DNA of 64,000 nucleotides from a virus. Its lineage: Duplodnaviria; Heunggongvirae; Uroviricota; Caudoviricetes. Positions within the stretch are counted from its first letter, which is position 1; each line of letters opens with the position of its first letter. Where the stretch lies: IMG/VR virus record IMGVR_UViG_3300008262_003982; one strand, given 5' to 3'. The notes beneath the pieces are model-generated. The model was not told where the DNA came from. It did no database searches and saw nothing but the letters and a program-made list of their open reading frames with translations. The position numbers and the translations under genes were made by a program. Of the stretch, positions 17,440-28,231 are shown one piece after another.

Positions 17440-20400
17440 ATGGCACAACAATTTATTGATACTGGCAATACTGCCAACGACGGCACCGGATCACCACTGA
17501 GAACAGCGTTCACAATTGTCAATGACAATTTTACAGAACTCTACAATATTGGTGGTATTTCGGGCATTGCTAACGGTACTTCAAACATTCAAATTGTTGA
17601 AAATTCAACAGTTAGTGTGAGTGCAGCCAACGTTGCAAACGTGCTGGTTGTTTCGGGCACAGGTGCCACAGTAAAAGGCACATTATTAGCAAACTCAGCA
17701 ATCAGTGCCACTGGCAACATCAGCGCCGGCGGATTTTATATTGGTAACGGCAGTCAACTTACTGGTGTGGTTAGCCAGGCCAATGCAGCATTATTGACTG
17801 GAAATGTACTCAGTGCCAACGTAACTTCGGCCAGTTTTACCACAGTTGGCACACTGGCCAATCTCACTGCTACTGGAAATGTGGTTGGCGGGAACCTAAC
17901 CACAGCTGGAGTAGTTTCTTCATCTGGCAATATTATTTCACAAAACATAAACACTGGTATTGTGAATGCATCTGGCAATTTAATAGGTGACAGTGCAATT
18001 TTGTCAGGTAGTGTGTTGGCCACTGGCACAATCAGTGCCGCAGGCAACGTTACAGGTGCATACGTCATTGGTAACGGCAGTCAATTAACACGCATCAGCG
18101 TTAGTTCAAATGCTGCGTTGCTTACAGGAACCACACTCAGTGCTAACGTGATCAACTCAAGTTTGACCACGCTTGGTGATTTAAATTCATTGGTGGTAAG
18201 CAATGCGCTTGGTGGATCAGGAAATATTACCAGTAACAACTTGTCAACCAGTGCAACTGTATCAGCAACAGGTAACATCATTGGCGCCAACTTTGTTACT
18301 GTTGGATTGATATCTGTTGGTGGCACAATCACTGCCAGCGGAGACATAACTGGCGCCAATATAGTTGCCAATGCCAACGTAACTGGCAACAACATCAGCT
18401 CAACCAACAACATCACCAGCACTATTATATCCGCAAGTGGCAACGTCACAGGCGGTAATTTAAGAACAGCTGGTCAAGTTAGTGCCACAGGCGACGTCAC
18501 TGGTAACAACATAATTGGGTTGGGATCTGCAAACATTGTGAACAGTGTGGTGGTAGGATCCACGTTGAGTGCAGTGAGCAATATCACTGGTGGCAACTTG
18601 CTTACTGGTGGAACTGTAACAGCAAGCGGTAACATAACTGCTCCAAATTTCATTGGCAATGTGGTTGGTAACATATCTGGAAATCTTTCAGTTGCTGGAT
18701 CAAACACACAAGTTCTTTTTAATGATAATGGTTTGGCCAACGCCAGTGCTGGAATGACTTTTGACAAGACTTCCAATGTGTTTACCATAAGTGGTAACAT
18801 AATTGGCGGCAATATTTCTACCGCAGGCAATGTAAATGGTGCCAATGTTGTGACTTCGGCGGGTCTTATTGTGGGCGGTGACGCAGTAATTGCTGGTAAC
18901 CTAACTGTGTCAGGCGACACAGAATATACCAATGTTACCACTCTAGCAGTTGAGGATCCAATCATTGGTATTGGTAGAGCTGCAAACAATCAACCATTGG
19001 TAACCAATGATGGTAAGGACCGTGGTGAACAACTTTGGTATTTTACCACAGCTGAAAGATCAGCATTTATTGGTTACGACAATTCTGCAGACAAATTGAT
19101 TGCCGCAGTTCAAGTTACTATTGCCAGTGAAGTTGTTACTGTCAACAACTATGGAAATTTAGTTGTGGGCAACATTGACGCACAGGGCACAGTCAGCGCC
19201 ACAGGTGATGTGCAAGCTGCTGGCGCTATTTCTGGCACAGGCAACGTAACTGGAGGAAACATACGAACTGCTGGGTTGATCACGGCTACCGGTAACATCA
19301 TTGGCGGAAATATTTCTGCTACAAATCACACTGGCACAACTGTCAGCGTGACAGCCAATGTGATTGGTGGAAACTTAACCACAGGTGGACTAATCACATC
19401 CACAGGTAACGTCACCGGCGGCAACATAAACACCGGCGGGGTAGTATCAAGTACAGGCAACGTGATTGGTGGCAACATTGTTACAGGTGGTAGCATGTAT
19501 TCATCTGGCGTGTTTAGCTCTACAGGCAACGTGATTGGTGGTAATGTAACCACTGTGGGATTGGTCACTGCTACTGGAAACATTACTTCAGCTGCAAACA
19601 TCAGTGGTGGCAATTACACCGCTACTGGTCAGATTTCTGCTGCTGCCAATGTTATTGCACCGTTGTTTGTGGGTAATATTATAGCTACTACCGTCACAGG
19701 TAATTTGACAGCACCTGGCGGTAATACGTTTGTGCTGTTCAATGACAACAACACAGCCAATGCCACATCTGGATTGCAATTTAATAAAATAACCAATAAT
19801 TTGCTAGTGACTGGCAACATCAATGGTGCCAATATTGTCACCGGCGGTAGTGTTTCAGCATCTGGCAACTTGTCAGCGTTAGGAAATGTGATTGCCAATA
19901 ATGTTTCAGCAACCCAGGTCAGCGGATTACTAACTACATCAATACAGACCAACATCACACAATTAGGCACATTGGCCAATTTATCCGTTACTGGTAATGT
20001 CACTGGTGGCGGATTTGTTACCACAGGCGCTACTGGTAATATCACCGGCGCCAATGTAATCAGTGGTACTACTATTTCAGCCTCTGCTAACGTAGTGGCA
20101 GCTCTATTCATTGGCTCAGGCGCTGGCTTGTCTTTCATTCCTGGTGCTAATGTTACTGGATCAGTAGCCAATGCTATTTTTGCAGCCAGTGCGTCATCTG
20201 CTACCACTGCTACTTCTGCTACTTCTGCTACCACTGCTGGTACAGTGACCACTGCGGCACAACCCAATATTACTTCTGTAGGAACACTGACTAGCCTAAG
20301 TGTCACAGGTGAGACAAGTGCTGGGAATGTCACCGGTGGAAATGTACAGGCCACATCCAGAATGATTATACCCGTTGCGTCTAGCGATCCAGCAAGCCCT

Positions 20401-20481
20401 GTTACAGGCCAACTTTATTACAGTACCAGCTTTGGCGCTTTGAGATTATGGACCGGGTCTGCTTGGGACCAAATAGCTTAA
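17440..20481 (+). CDS. baseplate/tail-fibre protein with T4 gp9/gp10-like N-terminus and TGNITGGN repeats
   Basis: MAQQFIDTGNTANDGTGSPLRTAF.IVNDNFTELY; dozens of V.ATGN(I/V).GGN units. Confidence 0.85.
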   Translation: MAQQFIDTGNTANDGTGSPLRTAFTIVNDNFTELYNIGGISGIANGTSNIQIVENSTVSVSAANVANVLVVSGTGATVKGTLLANSAISATGNISAGGFYIGNGSQLTGVVSQANAALLTGNVLSANVTSASFTTVGTLANLTATGNVVGGNLTTAGVVSSSGNIISQNINTGIVNASGNLIGDSAILSGSVLATGTISAAGNVTGAYVIGNGSQLTRISVSSNAALLTGTTLSANVINSSLTTLGDLNSLVVSNALGGSGNITSNNLSTSATVSATGNIIGANFVTVGLISVGGTITASGDITGANIVANANVTGNNISSTNNITSTIISASGNVTGGNLRTAGQVSATGDVTGNNIIGLGSANIVNSVVVGSTLSAVSNITGGNLLTGGTVTASGNITAPNFIGNVVGNISGNLSVAGSNTQVLFNDNGLANASAGMTFDKTSNVFTISGNIIGGNISTAGNVNGANVVTSAGLIVGGDAVIAGNLTVSGDTEYTNVTTLAVEDPIIGIGRAANNQPLVTNDGKDRGEQLWYFTTAERSAFIGYDNSADKLIAAVQVTIASEVVTVNNYGNLVVGNIDAQGTVSATGDVQAAGAISGTGNVTGGNIRTAGLITATGNIIGGNISATNHTGTTVSVTANVIGGNLTTGGLITSTGNVTGGNINTGGVVSSTGNVIGGNIVTGGSMYSSGVFSSTGNVIGGNVTTVGLVTATGNITSAANISGGNYTATGQISAAANVIAPLFVGNIIATTVTGNLTAPGGNTFVLFNDNNTANATSGLQFNKITNNLLVTGNINGANIVTGGSVSASGNLSALGNVIANNVSATQVSGLLTTSIQTNITQLGTLANLSVTGNVTGGGFVTTGATGNITGANVISGTTISASANVVAALFIGSGAGLSFIPGANVTGSVANAIFAASASSATTATSATSATTAGTVTTAAQPNITSVGTLTSLSVTGETSAGNVTGGNVQATSRMIIPVASSDPASPVTGQLYYSTSFGALRLWTGSAWDQIA

Positions 20482-20491
20482 GAAATAACAT

Positions 20492-23400
20492 ATGGCACAA
20501 CCAACTTGGATCACTCCAGCAGGCGACCTAGGGGTCATACCCGAAGGTGTATTTTACCAGCAGTCCATGCGGGCAACCACACCACCAGTGGGCGACCCAA
20601 TAACTTGTACTACTACCACAGCTACTACCAATCTCATAACTTGCGACAGCACCACTGGTATGATAGTTGGTCAGGTTATTGTTTTTAATGGTACTAGTTT
20701 TGGTGGGTTGACGCAACTGGCACAATACTATGTTTTTACAATCAACAGCGCAACACAATTTTCTGTTGCAACCACTGCCACTGCCACCACTGCTGTAGCA
20801 TTGACCACTGCTACTGGCTTGCTGGTAGCCAGACTGTACAAACCATTGTACTACAGAATGATTGCTGGCACACTGCCAGCAGGTGTTCAATGCAGTGCCA
20901 CTGGATTGATTGCTGGAGTTCCGCAGGCTGTTGCCAGCTTACAAGGTGTTCCTACAGAAGTCAACGAGGATGTTACCAGTAAATTTACGCTAAGAGCATA
21001 TACAGAAAAAATGGTAAACGGCATCGAAGTTCCTGACCGTATTGCAGATCGAACGTTTGAAATTACTGTGAGTGGCAATGATATTCCAGAGTTTGTGACT
21101 CCTGCTGGTGCGTTTGCAGACAATAATACTGCGAGCTTTATTGGCAGCATTTCAGGAACCACACTAAACGTTACTTCATTGGTGTCTGGAACTGTGCAAC
21201 TGGGCATGAGTCTCAAAGGGCCTGGCATCGAAGTAGGTACCACTATCATTGGGCTAATCAACGGTGTGGGCGGAACTGGTACCTACGCAGTTAGTATCAG
21301 CCAGTCAATGACCAGCACTCCAATCAACGGTGTGGTTGGTGAATACTATGATGGCGATAGAGTTGAATTGCAAATTGAATACACCACTACTGATAACAAT
21401 GAGGCTGTGATAATTAGAAAAATTGCTGGTGAGTTGCCGCCAGGATTGCGACTGAGCACCAGTGGATTGATTTCAGGATATATTGCACCTGCACCCAACG
21501 AAGACGAAACTCCAGGATACGACCTCACACCTATAGCCACAGTACCTTTTGACTTTATCAGTGCAGCAGTGAGTCGTAACTATCAATTTACATTGGAAAT
21601 CACTGATGGTAAAACCAGCAACATAAGAACATTCACTATATTTGTTTACAATCGTGAAGACCTTGTGGCTGATGACACATACATTACTGCTGACTCGGTG
21701 TTTGTTACTGCTGATGAAACTCCCGAACGTGCTCCGTTCTTGTTGAATTATGATCCTAGCGATCTTGGCATTGCTCGAGGAGACAATTACTATGCATACA
21801 GATTCATTGGACAAGACTACGACAAAGACGAACTTGACTACGTCATTTCGGTCAATCAAGGGTTTGGACTACCACCAGGATTGACATTGGATCCAAACTC
21901 AGGATGGTATTATGGCTTTATTCCTGATCAAGGTGTTACAGAAGTAACCTACAGTTTTAATATTCAGGTACGGGCAAAAAGTGTAATTTGCACAGCAACC
22001 ACAGCTGGCACAAACATAATAACTTGCAACAGTACTGCAAGAGCAGATTTTTATATTGGTGCCGAAGTGGTTTTTGAAGGAACCAGTTTTGGCGGAATCA
22101 CTGCTGGCACCACATATTATGTTGTGGCCATTCCAACCACTACCACTTTCCAAATTGCTACCAGCATTGTTGGATCGCCCATTACGCTGTCAACTGCCAC
22201 TGGCGAACTTAAAGGCGTGCCAGTTGACATTCCACAAAGTCAGTTATATCCATTTACACTCACTATCTCAGGAGCAGTTGATGCCGAAGTTACCTGGCTC
22301 ACTCCAAGCGATCTTGGATCAATAGAAAATGGATCAACCAGCTTGCTCAAAGTTGAAGCTGTGAATCGTGGTGGCGTAGAACTACTGTACAGACTCAAGA
22401 GTGGCGCATTCAATGAGTTGCCACAAGGTCTAGTATTGCTGCCGTCAGGAGAAATAGCAGGCCGTGTTACATTTAATACGTTTGCTATTGACTTAGGAGA
22501 AACCACATTTGATCGCAGCCAAAGCACCATATCAGGCACTCAAGAAACCACTTGGGACAGCTCGTTTACATTCACAGTAAATGCCTATGCTGAAGACACT
22601 GAACAAATTATATACAAAGTCAGTGAAGTTATTGTCAACAGCGGCGGCATTGGTTACAGTTCGCCAACTATAGAATTTAGTACTCCAATTGGTGCCACTG
22701 CGGTTCAAGCAGAAGGTACACTGACTGCAAGCGCAGGAGCAATTACTGCTGTGACAATTACTGAACAAGGTGCTGGATATACTAGCCCAGCAACATTCAC
22801 AATAACAGGTGCAGGATCAGGAGCAAACCTCTCAGTAGTCATGGCACCCACTGGCACAAGAGACGTGATTTCTGTGTTTAAAACATTCACAGTTCGAGTG
22901 ATAAGAGAGTACAACAAACCCTACCAAAATCTCTTTGTGTTGGCTATGCCTCCACAGAATGATCGTGCGTTACTCAGACAACTGCTGACCAATACAGATA
23001 TTTTTGTTCCTGACTATATATTTCGCCCAGACGATCCTAACTTTGGACTTAGCACTCGTGTGAAATACGAACATGCATTTGGACTTGCTCCTGACAGTTT
23101 TTCAACTTATGTGGAAAGTCTGTATTTAAATCACTATTGGAAAAATCTAGTGCTTGGTGAAATTTCTACTGCACAAGCAGTTGATCCAGTCACTGGTGAA
23201 GTTGTATACGAAGTGGTTTACAGCAAAATTATTGACAATCTAGTGAATGCCAGTGGACAAAGTGTTAACAAGATAGTAACACTGCCGTATGCTATTATAG
23301 ATCCCTTAGATGGCAGCACACAATTGACATCAGTGTATCCCAACAGTTTGATCAACATGAGAGATCAAGTGATTGATGTTGTGGGGCAAATTTCTACCAA

Positions 23401-25111
23401 ACTACCACTGTGGATGACTTCCAAACAATCCAATGGTCGTGTGTTGGGATTTACACCTGCCTGGGTGATCTGTTATGCCAAACCAAATCGCAGCAAACAA
23501 ATTGCATATTACCTTGAAGAATACTTTGGCAATCAACTGAACAAAATTGATTTCAAAGTTGATCGATATGAGCTTGATGCAACACTAAGCCGTAACTGGG
23601 ACACTACCACACAAGACTGGACTCCGCAACCAAATCTTACCACGTTTGATCGTGTGAACACCACTGGATTTACTGATCTTGGTCTAGTGAACGGCGCAAC
23701 TGAACTGGCATTTGCAGATGTTAACGGTCGCACCTTGGCCGAAATCAACGCCCTAGGTGGTATAGATGGTACTACCGAAGTCATAATTGGCAGCTTCCCT
23801 GCGCCTGATGCTGAGGTGTATTTGGAAGATGGCAGCATAATAATATTTGTCAAACAAGAAGGCTACAGTGGATCACCTGGCAGCAACTACAGTGATCTCA
23901 ACCAGGCTTGGTCCAACAACATTGACAGTTTTGACGAAGAAGGGTTTGACAGCGCCGCAAGCTCAGCTGTGGCCATTCCAGGAACTTATGACTATGGTCC
24001 ATTGGTAAATGAAGGATATGCACAAACCTGCACAGCCACAACTGCCTCCACAAACGTAATTACTTGCGACAGTACACTAGGCATGACAGTTGGAGACAAA
24101 GTGTGGTTCACTGGCACCACGTTTGGTGGCATTGACAATGAAAATAGCAATGCACAAACAGAGGTATACTATGTAAGAACTGTGAGCAACGTTACCGCTA
24201 GTGCTACTTTAACAGGGTCAAATCGAATCACTGTGTCTAGCAGTACTCCGTTTGCAATAGGTGATGAAGTTTGGTTCAGCGGCACAGTTTTTGGAAATAT
24301 TTCTCGATACGCCGCCACTGGACTGCCCAAACCCTATTATGTGGTTGACGTTCCTACAGCAACCACAATTGTAGTCAGTGAAACTCTAGGCGGATCAGCA
24401 TTGGGATTGAGTTCAGCTTCGGGATCTATGACTGTTTATTATGGAGCGTTTACAGTTACAGCCACAGCAGGATCCAGTACTGCTGTGACGTTGAGCACAG
24501 CGGCAGGCACCATGACTGCAAATTATGGCAATGACCGTATGAGCATGTACACTGTGAATCTTGAAAATACCGGCGGAGATATAATTTGTACAGCAACCAC
24601 CAGCATTGGAAATTGGATTACCACTGGTAGCATTGGGTTGCTTGGTATAAATTATCAAATTTATTTTACCGGAACGTTGATTGGCGGCATCAGCAGTGAT
24701 CAACTGTATTACATTGTGTCAATAGACGCAAGCAACAATCGATTTGCAATTAGCAATGTTCAAGGTGGGCCCACAGTAAATTTGGTTACTGCTACCGGAG
24801 TCATGAATGCCGAAGCCATAAACTACATTGTAAACCTAACAGAATACACGCAAACTGTGACCAATGATTATGTGACCACCACGCAAGGGCAAAAATACAC
24901 TGGTGGCACATACCTCTATAGACCTGGCAATGCACCGCAGGATCTAATCTATGTAAAATGGCTGCCTTTGATCACTGCTACCACTGTGGTTAGCACAGAA
25001 ACAATATTTGATCAAGGTAGTTTGCAATTTATCGAACCAGTGGATATGTACGATCCGTCAGACCGCTCAGATAAATATCTCGTATTTCCCAAAGCCAATA
25101 TTTTGGCTTAA
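20492..25111 (+). CDS. large virion structural (baseplate/tail) protein with Ig-like and repeated beta modules
   Basis: P.WITPAG.LG and G.LPPGL.L...G.ISG Ig-like repeats; five CTATT..N.ITC...GT.FGGI...YYV modules. Confidence 0.85.
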   Translation: MAQPTWITPAGDLGVIPEGVFYQQSMRATTPPVGDPITCTTTTATTNLITCDSTTGMIVGQVIVFNGTSFGGLTQLAQYYVFTINSATQFSVATTATATTAVALTTATGLLVARLYKPLYYRMIAGTLPAGVQCSATGLIAGVPQAVASLQGVPTEVNEDVTSKFTLRAYTEKMVNGIEVPDRIADRTFEITVSGNDIPEFVTPAGAFADNNTASFIGSISGTTLNVTSLVSGTVQLGMSLKGPGIEVGTTIIGLINGVGGTGTYAVSISQSMTSTPINGVVGEYYDGDRVELQIEYTTTDNNEAVIIRKIAGELPPGLRLSTSGLISGYIAPAPNEDETPGYDLTPIATVPFDFISAAVSRNYQFTLEITDGKTSNIRTFTIFVYNREDLVADDTYITADSVFVTADETPERAPFLLNYDPSDLGIARGDNYYAYRFIGQDYDKDELDYVISVNQGFGLPPGLTLDPNSGWYYGFIPDQGVTEVTYSFNIQVRAKSVICTATTAGTNIITCNSTARADFYIGAEVVFEGTSFGGITAGTTYYVVAIPTTTTFQIATSIVGSPITLSTATGELKGVPVDIPQSQLYPFTLTISGAVDAEVTWLTPSDLGSIENGSTSLLKVEAVNRGGVELLYRLKSGAFNELPQGLVLLPSGEIAGRVTFNTFAIDLGETTFDRSQSTISGTQETTWDSSFTFTVNAYAEDTEQIIYKVSEVIVNSGGIGYSSPTIEFSTPIGATAVQAEGTLTASAGAITAVTITEQGAGYTSPATFTITGAGSGANLSVVMAPTGTRDVISVFKTFTVRVIREYNKPYQNLFVLAMPPQNDRALLRQLLTNTDIFVPDYIFRPDDPNFGLSTRVKYEHAFGLAPDSFSTYVESLYLNHYWKNLVLGEISTAQAVDPVTGEVVYEVVYSKIIDNLVNASGQSVNKIVTLPYAIIDPLDGSTQLTSVYPNSLINMRDQVIDVVGQISTKLPLWMTSKQSNGRVLGFTPAWVICYAKPNRSKQIAYYLEEYFGNQLNKIDFKVDRYELDATLSRNWDTTTQDWTPQPNLTTFDRVNTTGFTDLGLVNGATELAFADVNGRTLAEINALGGIDGTTEVIIGSFPAPDAEVYLEDGSIIIFVKQEGYSGSPGSNYSDLNQAWSNNIDSFDEEGFDSAASSAVAIPGTYDYGPLVNEGYAQTCTATTASTNVITCDSTLGMTVGDKVWFTGTTFGGIDNENSNAQTEVYYVRTVSNVTASATLTGSNRITVSSSTPFAIGDEVWFSGTVFGNISRYAATGLPKPYYVVDVPTATTIVVSETLGGSALGLSSASGSMTVYYGAFTVTATAGSSTAVTLSTAAGTMTANYGNDRMSMYTVNLENTGGDIICTATTSIGNWITTGSIGLLGINYQIYFTGTLIGGISSDQLYYIVSIDASNNRFAISNVQGGPTVNLVTATGVMNAEAINYIVNLTEYTQTVTNDYVTTTQGQKYTGGTYLYRPGNAPQDLIYVKWLPLITATTVVSTETIFDQGSLQFIEPVDMYDPSDRSDKYLVFPKANILA

Positions 25112-25123
25112 CAAGGACAAAAA

Positions 25124-26620
25124 ATGGCAAGTAATATTAACCCAAACAACATTGACGGATCATATCCTGTAGCTGGACAAGACAACAACAGTCAAGGATT
25201 CCGCGATAACTTTACCAACACCAAGCAGAATTTCCAGTATGCTGAAGACGAACTTAACGATCTCCAAGCCAAAGCAATTCTTAAAGCAGCCTTAACTGGA
25301 CAAACCCTGGACAACAATATGGGTGGCAATCTGTTGTATGCTGCCCTGATAAAAGACTTTGCAGCCACTAAAGTAGCTATAACTGGTACTTCGGGTGCTC
25401 TCACTGTTAATTACGCAACAGGACATTATCAAACTATATCTACCACTGGCAGCATCAGTTTATCATTCCAAAATTTTCCAATATCGGGCGAGTATGGATA
25501 CATGCGTATACAGTTTAATATCACCAACATTGCACACACTCTCACACTGCCGGCTGCGGTGAGTTTGGGGCTGAGTGGTATTCAAGGCATCAGCCCTGGC
25601 ACATCTGGAGTGAGCAATACCATTACATTTGGTGCCACAGGTTATTATGAGTTTGCATTTAGCACATCTGATGGCGGCAGTACCATCACACTGTTTGACT
25701 TGAACCGTGCGCTGACCAACTTTACCAGTGCTGACATCAACACTGATGACATTACTGCTACAGGTAATATTACCGCAACTGGCGCAGGCAAAGTTGCTGC
25801 TTTTACCACAGTAACTTCTACTGGTAATATCACTGCTACTGGCAACACAGCAGGTGGCAACTTGATCACAGGCGGCCGAGTAGTTTCTACTGGCAACGTA
25901 GTTGGTGGCAACTTGACCACTGGTGGATTGATCACTGCCACAGGCAATATCAGTGGCCTAAACATCAACGGTTACATGTATCCCAGCGCCGGCACAACAT
26001 CAGCGGCAGCATTGGATTTTACAGCTGGATCATTGCTGACCACTCCAATAGCCGGTGCATTTGAATATGACGGCACAGTGTTTTACGCAACACCAGTAGC
26101 CAGCCAGCGCGGGCAGTTGCAAAGTCAATTTTTACGAGTGCAAGTGTCCAACAACACGTTGACTGACACCACATCAGCACAAGCAGTATTTTCATCTCCA
26201 AGTGCAGTGAGTCTTGCTGCGTCAACCACATACGAATTTGAAGCGGTGTATTATATCACTCGAGCAGCTGGTACTACCAGTCATACCACATCCGTGTTGT
26301 TCAATGCATCCAGTGCGTTGACCAGTATTACATACACTGCAGATGTTACCACATCCACAGGTGTTGCATTGACTGCTGTCAGCAGAATCTACGGCACATC
26401 AACCACAGCATTGGTGGTAACTGGAGCATCAACGTCGGCCACTGAGAACCTTGTGATCACTCTCAAAGGCATTATGAAAACCAATGCTGCCACAGCAATC
26501 ACACCACAGTTCCTATATTCGGCGGCACCCGGCGGCGCACCAACTGTGTTGCCAAACAGTTACATCAAATTGATTCCATTAGGCAATAGTTCGATGATAT
26601 CTGTGGGCAACTGGGCTTGA
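25124..26620 (+). CDS. virion structural/tail-associated protein
   Basis: MASNINPNNIDGSYPVAGQDNNSQGFRDNF; contains TGNITATGN repeats; AAGGA RBS. Confidence 0.8.
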   Translation: MASNINPNNIDGSYPVAGQDNNSQGFRDNFTNTKQNFQYAEDELNDLQAKAILKAALTGQTLDNNMGGNLLYAALIKDFAATKVAITGTSGALTVNYATGHYQTISTTGSISLSFQNFPISGEYGYMRIQFNITNIAHTLTLPAAVSLGLSGIQGISPGTSGVSNTITFGATGYYEFAFSTSDGGSTITLFDLNRALTNFTSADINTDDITATGNITATGAGKVAAFTTVTSTGNITATGNTAGGNLITGGRVVSTGNVVGGNLTTGGLITATGNISGLNINGYMYPSAGTTSAAALDFTAGSLLTTPIAGAFEYDGTVFYATPVASQRGQLQSQFLRVQVSNNTLTDTTSAQAVFSSPSAVSLAASTTYEFEAVYYITRAAGTTSHTTSVLFNASSALTSITYTADVTTSTGVALTAVSRIYGTSTTALVVTGASTSATENLVITLKGIMKTNAATAITPQFLYSAAPGGAPTVLPNSYIKLIPLGNSSMISVGNWA

Positions 26621-26645
26621 CCTTGATGGTAATGCATGTTATAAT
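26617..26645 (+). promoter_or_regulatory. sigma70 promoter with TAATGCAT/ATGCATTA inverted repeat over the -10
   Basis: TTGACC-17-TATAAT; ATG is 5 nt downstream. Confidence 0.8.
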
Positions 26646-26650
26646 GCATT

Positions 26651-26887
26651 ATGGAACATCCACTAATCGGTGACATATCACATTTGACTCAAGAACAACT
26701 GAGTCAAACCGTGAGCGATTTACAAAAAAAATTGGGCATGGCACAAAGAACTGGTAACGGGCATGTTGCCGATCAGATACGCATGGCCCTTGAAACATAC
26801 TACAATGCATATCAGGCCCGCCTGGCAGAAAGCTATAAAAAAGCAGCCGGCGATAACGACTTTTCAGACAAAATTAATATCGGATGA
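26651..26887 (+). CDS. hypothetical coiled-coil protein
   Basis: ORF after the promoter. Confidence 0.7.
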   Translation: MEHPLIGDISHLTQEQLSQTVSDLQKKLGMAQRTGNGHVADQIRMALETYYNAYQARLAESYKKAAGDNDFSDKINIG

Positions 26888-27501
26888 ATGTACGACTACA
26901 ATATGATCTAGAGTTCTTGGCAGGCATCTACTACGAAGACCAGTTGCAACTTAACAGTTATTCAGTTAGTGTGAGTTTGCTAACTCAAACTGAAGATGCT
27001 GCCAGCAGTAACATTGCATTAGAAAGACTCAAATGCTTTGTGTATCACGACTTGGCCAATACTGTGTTCTTTGGTCCGTCAGATCATGACAAAGCAGAAA
27101 TGTTTCAAATGCTAGGTACCAATGTCACCACCCTGCCTGAAGCACCAGTTGACCAGATTGTTGGCATGATGTTATACTGCAAACTCAATGCTATCATGGA
27201 AGGCCGAATGACTGTGACCAGTTTGGATATCTCTAGTGTGCTGGGTGATTCTGTTTGGTACTCGCATGACGACGAAGACAATCTTGGTGTGTTTGCACAC
27301 TGGCCAGTGGCAGAAGATGCTTGGTGGCACAATCCTTCTGTTCAACACCATACCTTGGAAACAGAATCAACGCCCGACAATGTGGTCAAAGTCACACCAA
27401 ATGTTTGGCACGAATATGGCCTCATGTGGCCAGAAGATCGCATTGAACCCACTGGTAATACTGTAATCTATCCCAACTTTCGCAAGCATGAAGCAAAATA
27501 A
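26884..27501 (+). CDS. hypothetical protein (possible degenerate T-fold)
   Basis: ORF; beta-beta-alpha-alpha-beta pattern. Confidence 0.7.
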   Translation: MNVRLQYDLEFLAGIYYEDQLQLNSYSVSVSLLTQTEDAASSNIALERLKCFVYHDLANTVFFGPSDHDKAEMFQMLGTNVTTLPEAPVDQIVGMMLYCKLNAIMEGRMTVTSLDISSVLGDSVWYSHDDEDNLGVFAHWPVAEDAWWHNPSVQHHTLETESTPDNVVKVTPNVWHEYGLMWPEDRIEPTGNTVIYPNFRKHEAK

Positions 27502-28006
27502 TCACGGTGAACTGATATTCAACGAAGCAGACCTAGTTGACCTAGTCATGCGTGGGTTTGACCCGTCGGGCTTTGACGGCATGATAGTGGACTCGTCAGT
27601 GGACCTGGAAACAGCCGCACTCATGTTGGACAATGTGCCCAAGTTAATTGCCTACAATGACTTGATGGACATCATGCCCACAGAGGAATATGACCGAGAG
27701 TGCCAAAGCCGGTGGTACATGAGTGATCAATATCAGCAAATGGACATAGCAGAACATGTGCTGAGTCTATGCACTACAGATGCTGAACTACAACGATGTG
27801 GTGAAGAACTGTTGTTGTTTCAAGAACGCGACTTGTTTAATCTCTTGCGTTATCTCAAATACCTTGTGGATGTAATGACACAAAACAATTTGATTTGGGG
27901 CGTGGGCCGGGGATCTAGTACAGCCAGTTTTGTGCTGTACAAATTGGGTGTGCATCAAATCAACAGTTTATACTATGAATTAGATCCTGCGGAGTTTTTG
28001 CGTTAA
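27488..28006 (+). CDS. stand-alone fragment homologous to DNA polymerase III alpha (DnaE) GRGS region
   Basis: RCGEELLLF...YLVDVM....WGVGRGSSTASFVLYKLGVHQINSLYYELDPAEFLR. Confidence 0.8.
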   Translation: MKQNNHGELIFNEADLVDLVMRGFDPSGFDGMIVDSSVDLETAALMLDNVPKLIAYNDLMDIMPTEEYDRECQSRWYMSDQYQQMDIAEHVLSLCTTDAELQRCGEELLLFQERDLFNLLRYLKYLVDVMTQNNLIWGVGRGSSTASFVLYKLGVHQINSLYYELDPAEFLR

Positions 28007-28027
28007 ATATTGTTTTAGGAGATAATC

Positions 28028-28231
28028 ATGACAAAAAGTTTATATAAAACAGCTCAAGGAAAATCAATTGACATGGGCGCATTGCGTCTGCAAAACGAAA
28101 AAGTTCGTGCAGTGGGCAATATGAAAGTCAACGCAAGAGGCGATGTAGTTGACGATCGCGGCGGTGTGGTTAACAGCAAGACAGCACAAGTCAATCGACA
28201 GTACAACCGGACACACAAGAAATCACCATGA
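28028..28231 (+). CDS. hypothetical basic protein
   Basis: AGGAG RBS; TAAATA upstream at 28004. Confidence 0.75.
   Translation: MTKSLYKTAQGKSIDMGALRLQNEKVRAVGNMKVNARGDVVDDRGGVVNSKTAQVNRQYNRTHKKSP

Noticed and set aside
19629-20354. Long antisense ORFs (also 530-1243, 40747-41340, 56757-57488 and similar)
   Set aside because: These are shadows of low-complexity or stop-poor sense genes, with no RBS or promoter and no recognisable motifs
15280-20400. Periodic repeats that could be mistaken for a CRISPR array
   Set aside because: They are in-frame coding repeats with degenerate third positions; there is no constant repeat/unique spacer pattern and no cas gene
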